In this document: one piece after another, positions 47,905-54,655 of the stretch
Layout of the letters: each line of letters starts with the position of its first letter
Numbering within the stretch: the first letter of the stretch is position 1
Virus record (IMG/VR): IMGVR_UViG_2878528002_000001
Span: 98,473-162,472 of that record
Direction: 5' to 3' (one strand)
Length of the DNA stretch: 64,000 bases
Source of the DNA: a virus
Lineage: Duplodnaviria; Heunggongvirae; Uroviricota; Caudoviricetes
Position numbers and translations under genes: made by a program
Notes under the pieces: model-generated
What the model saw: the letters and a program-made list of their open reading frames with translations, nothing else
Told to the model about the DNA's origin: nothing
The model's database searches: none

Positions 47905-47990
47905 TGGGCATTCGCCAAGCGGATAAGGCACCAGAATTTGACTCTGGCAGAGTAAAACTCATTACGTTGGTTCGAATCCAACATGCCCAG
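47905..47990 (+). tRNA. tRNA, anticodon UUG (Gln-type identity: U1:A72, G73) but with an 18-nt type-II extra arm
   Basis: Manual fold: acceptor TGGGCAT/ATGCCCA, D-stem GCC/GGC, anticodon stem CCAGA/TCTGG with loop ATTTGAC, extra arm CAGAGTAAAACTCATTAC (GAGT/ACTC stem), T-arm GTTGG-TTCGAAT-CCAAC. Confidence 0.6.
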
Positions 47991-47994
47991 TTTT

Positions 47995-48075
47995 GCGGAT
48001 ATGGCGGAACGGCAGACGCAGAAGACTCAAAATCTTCCGGAGAAATTCATGTGGGTTCAAATCCCACTATCCGTA
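47995..48075 (+). tRNA. tRNA-Leu (anticodon CAA), type II
   Basis: Acceptor GCGGATA/TATCCGT (G1.U72), anticodon stem GAAGA/TCTTC with loop CTCAAAA, 13-nt variable arm, T-arm GTGGG-TTCAAAT-CCCAC, A73. Confidence 0.65.
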
Positions 48076-48391
48076 TTAGGCTAATATTTGTAAGTAAGTT
48101 GCTGAAGCGCAAGGTGATTGAAAACAAAATTAGACCTAAAGTTATAACTTTTAACGCGTGTTGTGATCTGGAACCGAGTAAAGTTGGGGCTACGGCATAC
48201 TGGTTGTATGGTTTGGGTATGCATTTTTTGAGTCAGCTACAATGACGAGGGTTGTGGTGAAATGGCGAGGATGTCGGGGGTAACGCCGATGTGTAGTCGT
48301 AGTTGATGAGAAATATCTTTCAAGTTCAATGCAGCGAGGGAAGATGAACGGATCGTAGGCTTAGTATATCTTTCACGTCTAGTATTAAACC

Positions 48392-48462
48392 TGCTCGTTG
48401 GTGCAATGGTAGCACAATAGGGATGATTCCTAGTGATAAAGGTTCGATTCCTTTGCGAGCAA
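48392..48462 (+). tRNA. tRNA-like gene with canonical D- and T-arms but aberrant anticodon loop (GATGATT; apparent anticodon UGA, A at position 33)
   Basis: Acceptor TGCTCGT/GCGAGCA, D-arm GTGC-AATGGTA-GCAC, T-arm AAAGG-TTCGATT-CCTTT. The anticodon stem is only 4 bp (TAGG/CCTA) and the loop lacks U33. Confidence 0.45.
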
Positions 48463-48495
48463 TATCTCGAAATCACAAAAAATGTTGGAGGTAAA

Positions 48496-48777
48496 ATGAA
48501 ATATATAGAGAATATAGTAATAGGAAATCCAATTTTGCCACCATGTGTTATGTTTGCTTCTGATGTGCATGATTGGATAAATAATGAAATTGAGAAGACT
48601 TATTATACAAATGAACGATTTTTACCAAAGATTTTGGTAGAGCTTGGCATCTATCCGTCGATAAGTGAAATTCGAAGAAACAAACCTGATCTTATGGTTT
48701 CATTAGATAGACTAGATTTCTTAGATAATTTGAAGATTAGTAAGAAAAGACGATTATGGATTTTAGTAGGAGAATAA
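48496..48777 (+). CDS. hypothetical protein
   Basis: ATG at 48496 after GGAGGTAAA. 93 aa. Confidence 0.4.
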   Translation: MKYIENIVIGNPILPPCVMFASDVHDWINNEIEKTYYTNERFLPKILVELGIYPSISEIRRNKPDLMVSLDRLDFLDNLKISKKRRLWILVGE

Positions 48778-48780
48778 GAA

Positions 48781-49050
48781 ATGGCAAAAGCAGTGGTAAT
48801 GCGAACTGATCAAGGAGTAATGTTGTTGGGAACAACTCAGACTGTTTCCGGAGCCTGGTGGAATGCTGAAGGATGCTATAAGTATTGTCAGAGAAATGAA
48901 AAATGGCAAGCTGCGTTACAGTCGCATAAATTGATTCATGCATCCTCATTGATTGGATATGAGAAGAATACAGAAGATTGGTATACAAAAAGAGAGAATT
49001 TTATAGATGTGGATGTATCTTATAAATGCTCTCAAACATACGGAGGATAA
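48781..49050 (+). CDS. hypothetical protein
   Basis: ORF of 89 aa. Confidence 0.4.
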   Translation: MAKAVVMRTDQGVMLLGTTQTVSGAWWNAEGCYKYCQRNEKWQAALQSHKLIHASSLIGYEKNTEDWYTKRENFIDVDVSYKCSQTYGG

Positions 49051-49053
49051 GTA

Positions 49054-49464
49054 ATGGAGAATATCGAGTTTCATGAAGGAGACTTCGTTCAGAGAAAAGA
49101 TGGTGCAATAGGTTACATATATTACATCTGTCATTGCTCAGATTGTAAAAGTCGAGGTTTCTTTGAACCGACTATTAAATATTTAAACGGTGAGACAGAA
49201 TATATTTCTAATTATGATGTTAAAAATCTTGAAAATTCTTATATTCAAATAGGTACTCATGTATTTGACAAAAATGCAAAAAGTAAGATAAAAAACAATT
49301 GTCCTAAATATTCTCTAATTGGAGAAATAACATATAAGGATATTGATCCGGATATCATTTCAAATGCGTTGATAGACATGAAAAATAATAATTATGTTCC
49401 AGTATTAAAAGATATTTCGTATTCCGGATCGAAATTATATTGGATTCTTAAAAAGGAGAACTAA
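49054..49464 (+). CDS. hypothetical protein
   Basis: ORF of 136 aa. Confidence 0.4.
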   Translation: MENIEFHEGDFVQRKDGAIGYIYYICHCSDCKSRGFFEPTIKYLNGETEYISNYDVKNLENSYIQIGTHVFDKNAKSKIKNNCPKYSLIGEITYKDIDPDIISNALIDMKNNNYVPVLKDISYSGSKLYWILKKEN

Positions 49465-50396
49465 TGAACAAGTTATTTACACATACAGATTTAGATGGCG
49501 TTGGATGCGCTATTATAGCAAAATTGGTTTACGGAGATGAAATAGATATTTCGTTCTGTGATTATAACGAAGTTGATGAAAAAGTTGGAAAATGCCAGCC
49601 TAATAATTATGATCATATCGATATAACAGATATTAGCGTTGGTGAAAAACTTGGTAAATCTATAGATGAAAATTATTCAAATCAAGTTAATTTATATGAT
49701 CATCACGCAACGGCAAAAGATCTTGATAAATATTCGTGGGCAGTCGTTAAGGTAAATGACGAGGGAACAGGATTAATGACATGTGGTACAGAAATTTATT
49801 ATAACCATATTGGTCAGTATATTGATAAAGAATATCGATTGGCTGTCGAGTCATTTGTAAAATATGTAACGTTATGGGATACGTGGAGATGGAAAGAAAA
49901 AAATTCTGGATTAGCAGGAGCCAATGCTAAGAAAATCAATACTTTATTTGGTATTTATGGAAGAGAGAAATTTATCAAATGGGCGATTGATCATATAAAA
50001 TCTGGAGTCTTCCCCAATTTTACAGTAGCAGATTTGAGCATTTTAGAAGCTAAACAGAATGAAATTTTTCGATATATTGATGAAAAAGACAATCAATATA
50101 TTAAGAGAAAAGATTTTGCAGGAAGAGTATTTGGTGTGGTGTTTACAGAAAATTACATTAGTGAACTTGGAAATGCCTTATGTGAACGACATCCAGAATT
50201 AGCTTATGCTGTAATTATTGATATTGGAAATGGAAATGTTTCTTATAGAACTATTCGCGATGATATTAATTTAGGAAAAGATATTGCCTCATTATGTGAT
50301 GGCGGTGGACATGCTAAAGCAGCTGGTTCAGAATTTGGAAAAATCATTGCTTATGATGTAATTGATAAGCTTTTTAAAGGCAGGATTATATCATAA
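49464..50396 (+). CDS. DHH-DHHA1 family phosphoesterase (NrnA/oligoribonuclease-like)
   Basis: Motif I HTDLDGVGCAI, motif III YDHHAT (DHH) and DHHA1 DGGGHAKAAG. Confidence 0.75.
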   Translation: MNKLFTHTDLDGVGCAIIAKLVYGDEIDISFCDYNEVDEKVGKCQPNNYDHIDITDISVGEKLGKSIDENYSNQVNLYDHHATAKDLDKYSWAVVKVNDEGTGLMTCGTEIYYNHIGQYIDKEYRLAVESFVKYVTLWDTWRWKEKNSGLAGANAKKINTLFGIYGREKFIKWAIDHIKSGVFPNFTVADLSILEAKQNEIFRYIDEKDNQYIKRKDFAGRVFGVVFTENYISELGNALCERHPELAYAVIIDIGNGNVSYRTIRDDINLGKDIASLCDGGGHAKAAGSEFGKIIAYDVIDKLFKGRIIS

Positions 50397-50410
50397 CGAG
50401 GTATTAAAAT

Positions 50411-50788
50411 ATGACTAATTATTTTAGTAATATATTCCATAATATTAGTAACTTAATAATGGATTGTTATGATGCTCACAAAAATAAATGGGTAGATATA
50501 ATTCTCTACGATAGTCATCCACATATAGGTGATGTCGTATATACAAAAATGAATACAGTTCTGGATATTGGAATAATAAAAAATTTAAACCCGCTTCAAA
50601 TATATGCACGAAGCACCAAATATGATAGGTGCGGAATTCCGGGCCAATTTGGTGGTGTATTATATTGTACGTGGTATAATTCTAAAATCAATTTATCTCT
50701 TAGCGAATGGATAAAAATATCAAAAGATTCTGATGTAAAAACTGTATGTAGTAGGATTAACATTCCATATTACAGATCATATGATTAA
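50411..50788 (+). CDS. hypothetical protein
   Basis: ORF of 125 aa. Confidence 0.4.
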   Translation: MTNYFSNIFHNISNLIMDCYDAHKNKWVDIILYDSHPHIGDVVYTKMNTVLDIGIIKNLNPLQIYARSTKYDRCGIPGQFGGVLYCTWYNSKINLSLSEWIKISKDSDVKTVCSRINIPYYRSYD

Positions 50789-50903
50789 TTTGGACGATTA
50801 TTTCAGTGATTTTTCTCCAGAAGAATACATTGAGCAAACGGATGAATACTTTAACGAAATTATTTCAAGAATTCTCCCACTTCTAAAGTGGTGAGATGAA
50901 TTG

Positions 50904-52143
50904 AAAAAAGAGAATTATATATAAGAAGGTGGTGATTATGAATGTTGGTTGCATATAAATATAGATTATATCCAAACAAAGAACAGCAAATATATTTTGC
51001 AAAATGTTTTGGATGTGTACGATTCATTTATAATCGTATGCTTTCAGATAAAATTGAACATTATAAAGAAACAAAACAGAGACTTAACAATACACCAGCT
51101 CAATATAAGAAAGAATTTCCTTGGTTGAAAGAAGTTGATTCACTTGCACTAGCAAACGCACAGATGAATTTACAGACAGCTTATAATAATTTTTTCAAAA
51201 GACCAGAAGTAGGATTTCCTAAATTCAAGAGCAAGAAAAGTCATAAATATTCTTATACTACTAATAATCAAGGTGGAAACATTTATGTTTCTGACAGATA
51301 CATTAAATTACCTAAGATTGGGTTGATAAGAATAAAGAAGCATAGAGATTTTGAAGGGTTAATAAAATCGGTGGCAGTCTCTCAGAAACCATCTGGAAAA
51401 TATTATGTTTCAGTTTTGGTTGAATGTGATGAAATTGAAAAACTTCCGAAATCGGAATCTGAAATTGGAATAGATTTAGGTCTAAAAGACTTTGCTATTC
51501 TGTCGAATGAAGAAAAAATAGCTAATCCGAAATACTTATCCAAATCTGAACTCAAACTTAGGAAATTGCAAAAAGATTTATCCAGATGTCAAAAAGGTAG
51601 CAAGAATAGAAATAAGTGCAGAATAAAAGTTGCGAAGCAACATGAGAAAATTGTAAATCAAAGAAAAGATTTTCTAAACAACCTATCCAAAAGACTTATT
51701 TGTGAAAACCAAACAATATGTCTTGAGGACTTGAAAATCAAGGAAATGATGAGTAATAAACAAATATCAAAATCGGTTGCAGATGTATCATGGAGTGAAT
51801 TTGTGAGACAGCTCGAATATAAAGCACAATGGTATGAACGAGAAATTATAGAAATAAGCACATGGTTTCCGTCAAGTCAGACGTGTTCTTGTTGCGGGTA
51901 TATCAATAAAAGGATCAAAGACACAAATATTCGAGAATGGATATGTCCTAATTGCAATGTACACCACGATAGAGATATCAACGCAGCAATAAATATCCTC
52001 AATGAAGGATTGAGAATAAGAACCGCAGGAACTGTGGAGATAGCCTAAGTAAACTTGTCTCGGTAGAGATATTGACTAGGAAGCTCAGACCTCTAAGCAA
52101 AGCGTAAGGTCGTGAGTAGTTCACACAATTAGAACGAGAAGAT
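50904..52143 (+). mobile_element. IS200/IS605-family tnpB-only element (IS1341-like); ends approximate
   Basis: A single TnpB ORF with about 95 nt of structured noncoding sequence between its stop and the next gene. No tnpA is present and the exact left and right ends were not determined. Confidence 0.45.
50942..52048 (+). CDS. tnpB: TnpB (IS605 OrfB-family RNA-guided nuclease/transposase accessory protein)
   Basis: N-terminus MLVAYKYRLYPNKEQ, central RuvC-like region, C-terminal zinc finger CSCCGYINKR..WICPNCNVHHDRDINAAINI. Confidence 0.85.
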   Translation: MLVAYKYRLYPNKEQQIYFAKCFGCVRFIYNRMLSDKIEHYKETKQRLNNTPAQYKKEFPWLKEVDSLALANAQMNLQTAYNNFFKRPEVGFPKFKSKKSHKYSYTTNNQGGNIYVSDRYIKLPKIGLIRIKKHRDFEGLIKSVAVSQKPSGKYYVSVLVECDEIEKLPKSESEIGIDLGLKDFAILSNEEKIANPKYLSKSELKLRKLQKDLSRCQKGSKNRNKCRIKVAKQHEKIVNQRKDFLNNLSKRLICENQTICLEDLKIKEMMSNKQISKSVADVSWSEFVRQLEYKAQWYEREIIEISTWFPSSQTCSCCGYINKRIKDTNIREWICPNCNVHHDRDINAAINILNEGLRIRTAGTVEIA

Positions 52144-52389
52144 ATGATTGAAAGATTACGAGAATTCTTTGATCGTGGATGTGGATATTCTGAAACACAA
52201 GAACAACTTAATGATTGGATACAAGAGTCTATTAAAGAGCTTGATCCTAAAACCACATCATATTTCGATGATTGTATGATTACGAATTATGATGGTAGCG
52301 AACTTCTTGGTGGCTTAGATAATTTTGTCAACATATTTTGGGATAAGGCTATTGAAGGAATACTAAATGTTGTTGCTACCGAAAATTAA
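52144..52389 (+). CDS. hypothetical protein
   Basis: ORF of 81 aa immediately after the IS element. Confidence 0.4.
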   Translation: MIERLREFFDRGCGYSETQEQLNDWIQESIKELDPKTTSYFDDCMITNYDGSELLGGLDNFVNIFWDKAIEGILNVVATEN

Positions 52390-52392
52390 ACA

Positions 52393-52432
52393 CTATATAT
52401 TGTGTGTATTATCTATATACCACAATATATAG
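52393..52432. repeat. perfect 12-bp inverted repeat CTATATATTGTG / CACAATATATAG with a 16-nt spacer
   Basis: Read directly from the sequence. It lies 3 nt after the stop of 52144..52389. Confidence 0.6.
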
Positions 52433-52503
52433 ATTGAAATTCTGATGAAATTTTAGTTTCATTTGCAAATTCTAATCAGTCTATTCTGACTGAAATTTCC
52501 AGT

Positions 52504-52560
52504 AAAAAGAGAAATAAAATATAGGTGGCAACAGCATACCTTTGGAATTCCATAAACCAC
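52504..52560 (+). promoter_or_regulatory. conserved intergenic motif copy 2 (AAAAAGAGAA-n-TATAT...GG.GG.A.AGCATACC..TGG.ATTCC.A..CCAC)
   Basis: Shares a leader of about 55 nt with copy 3 at 53805 and the first about 25 nt with copy 1 at 50904. Contains the palindrome TGGAATTCCA. Confidence 0.35.
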
Positions 52561-52652
52561 TGTTTACATAGAATTATCTTATAGATTTACTTCTATGTTC
52601 CGTCGATTTTTCGGCGTTTATATAAAATTAAATACAGAAAGGATGATGAAAG

Positions 52653-53105
52653 ATGAGTGGTGAAATAGGTATTGAAATTGGTAAAATTGATTTTAATAGG
52701 GTCGATGATTTGATAAGACCATATAGAAATGCATCAATTTATACTGACAACAATCCAGCCCAGGATTTGACTATTACCAGCACAAGCAATGAAACATTTC
52801 ATATTTGTGGAAATAATGATTGGGCATATTTAGCAGTAAATGCGTTTTCTCCATTATTACAATATGCTTCACTTGTAGAAAATGAGGTTTCCGGTAAACT
52901 CAGAAGAATGGATAGAGACAAAAATTTGAAACCTAAAGTTATTGGATTGGGTAGAAATGAGTTTAGAGCATTGGATATTCTACATAGAATTCGCGGATCA
53001 GAAGAATCATTAAAAGAATACAGAAACATTCCTGTCGTAAGACTAGAAGAAGATAATACAATAGAATTTTTAGGTACAAAAGAATTTGATGTACCATTCA
53101 AATAA
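52653..53105 (+). CDS. hypothetical protein
   Basis: ORF of 150 aa with an AAAGGATGATGAAAGATG RBS. Confidence 0.45.
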   Translation: MSGEIGIEIGKIDFNRVDDLIRPYRNASIYTDNNPAQDLTITSTSNETFHICGNNDWAYLAVNAFSPLLQYASLVENEVSGKLRRMDRDKNLKPKVIGLGRNEFRALDILHRIRGSEESLKEYRNIPVVRLEEDNTIEFLGTKEFDVPFK

Positions 53106-53123
53106 AAAGGGGAAATAAAATAT

Positions 53124-53762
53124 ATGGCAGAAAATTATTTTAAATTACTGTATGACGTTGATGTAAGCGGAAAAGTCAAAGAAAAAAACGGATTAAGCTT
53201 TTTATCTTGGGCGGCTGCATGGGCAGAAATTAAGAAAAGGCATCCAGATGCAACTTACAAAATTTATCATCAGACAATTACGAGGCATGTTGGTGACGAA
53301 AATAGTTGGTACGAAACTACATTTGAAAGACCATGGTTTGACGACGGAAGATCTGGATGGGTAAAAACTAGCGTCACAGTTAATGGTATTGAACATATCG
53401 AAGAACTTGCTATTATGAATTTTAGTAATAAATCCATTGAAGCGGAAAAAATCACATCTACGGATGCTACCAAATCATTTCAGAGAGCTATCACAAAAGC
53501 ATGTGCAAGACACGGAATCGGACTCTTCGTATATGAAGGAGAGGATCTTCCTGAAGAACTTAAAGTGACTGCGAAATTACAGGCAGAATGTATGGATTTA
53601 ATGAAAAAGAAATCTGCGTTATCTGAAAAAACAAAAGAAAAAGTCGCAGAAATTTGCAAAGAAGTTCTCGCTGATGAAAATGGAGATCCGAGAATTTGCG
53701 AAAATAATGAGAAGCTCGAAGATTTAAAAAAGAAACTTCTAGCCACTAGAAAAATTGCTTAA
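53124..53762 (+). CDS. Rad52/Sak-like single-strand annealing protein (putative)
   Basis: GLSFLSWAAAWAEIKKRHPDATY resembles the LSYLSWA.AW signature of phage Sak/DUF1071 proteins. It sits beside SSB and a Cas4-like nuclease. Confidence 0.4.
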   Translation: MAENYFKLLYDVDVSGKVKEKNGLSFLSWAAAWAEIKKRHPDATYKIYHQTITRHVGDENSWYETTFERPWFDDGRSGWVKTSVTVNGIEHIEELAIMNFSNKSIEAEKITSTDATKSFQRAITKACARHGIGLFVYEGEDLPEELKVTAKLQAECMDLMKKKSALSEKTKEKVAEICKEVLADENGDPRICENNEKLEDLKKKLLATRKIA

Positions 53763-53804
53763 TTTATTTTATCTATTGACCAATTTCAGGTCAAAAATTC
53801 CACT

Positions 53805-53873
53805 AAAAAAAGAGAATTGTATATTGGGGCGGTATAGCATACCCCTGGGATTCCTATTCCCACAAATCACTAA
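53805..53873 (+). promoter_or_regulatory. conserved intergenic motif copy 3, upstream of ssb
   Basis: AAAAAAAGAGAATTGTATATTGGGGCGGTATAGCATACCCCTGGGATTCCTATTCCCAC. It has an extended -10-like TGTATATT and a TGGGA/TCCCA inverted repeat. Confidence 0.35.
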
Positions 53874-53898
53874 ATAATTAAACAGAGGAGAAAAACAT

Positions 53899-54285
53899 AT
53901 GTTTTCAGAAGGAAATTATGCGCACATTTGGGAGTTAGAGGACAAAGGTAAGTATCATGAAGCTCGTATGTCTACATCCAGAAAAAATAGTCAGACAGGA
54001 GAGTACGAACAGGACTGGTCATCATTTGGAGTTAGACTCGTTGCTACGGCTCACGAACAGGCAAAAAATCTCGATACAAGTAAAAATGTAAGAATTGGAA
54101 GATGTGGAGTTTCCAATAAATATGATAAAGAAAAGAAAATCACATATACAAACTATGTAATTTTTAATTTCGAAGATGAAAATTCTAATTCTGGCGGTAG
54201 CGATACTCAGAAACCTCAGAAATCAAAAGATGATTTTATGGATGTTTCCGCCTCTATTGACGACGATGAACTTCCATTCTGCTAA
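53899..54285 (+). CDS. ssb: single-stranded DNA-binding protein (divergent)
   Basis: An OB-fold-sized core followed by a Gly/Ser-rich linker and the acidic tail DDDELPF(C), the hallmark SSB C-terminus. Confidence 0.5.
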   Translation: MFSEGNYAHIWELEDKGKYHEARMSTSRKNSQTGEYEQDWSSFGVRLVATAHEQAKNLDTSKNVRIGRCGVSNKYDKEKKITYTNYVIFNFEDENSNSGGSDTQKPQKSKDDFMDVSASIDDDELPFC

Positions 54286-54298
54286 GAGGTAGTTAAAT

Positions 54299-54649
54299 AT
54301 GGCAGATAAAGAGTATGTCTGCGCATATAATCATTGCTTACATCACGGCGAGAAGGTGAAAGCCTCAGAAGCCGTGGTGATTGGCAATAAAAAATACCAT
54401 TGGGATTGCGCAGCGACAAAACAAGAAATTGCAGAATGCGCTTCAACATATATGGAATACATGGAAGATAAAACGCAGTATCCAGTAGTAATGAGGATTT
54501 TGAATACACTTGTGTTTAAAAATCAAGTACCTCCGGAATATATTTTGAAGCAAATCAAGAAGTCAAAATTGTATTACAAATCAAAACCAGTTCATGCCTT
54601 ATATGGATTGAGACGATTATTTTGGGAATATGAGATGAAGATGGGGTAA
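54299..54649 (+). CDS. hypothetical protein
   Basis: ORF of 116 aa. Confidence 0.4.
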   Translation: MADKEYVCAYNHCLHHGEKVKASEAVVIGNKKYHWDCAATKQEIAECASTYMEYMEDKTQYPVVMRILNTLVFKNQVPPEYILKQIKKSKLYYKSKPVHALYGLRRLFWEYEMKMG

Positions 54650-54655
54650 TAAAAA

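Noticed and set aside
47904-48245. 113-aa + strand ORF spanning the tRNA cluster
   Set aside because: It runs straight through two well-formed tRNA genes with canonical T-loops. The reading frame is an artefact.
48237-48476. 79-aa minus-strand ORF in the GC-rich spacer
   Set aside because: It overlaps the third tRNA-like gene and has no RBS. The region is more likely RNA-coding or noncoding.
53775-53800. Hairpin TTGACC-aatttca-GGTCAA after the annealase gene as a terminator
   Set aside because: It is followed by an A-run and not a T-run on the coding strand, and no minus-strand genes need terminating. It is more likely part of the promoter or leader of the repeated motif that begins at 53805.
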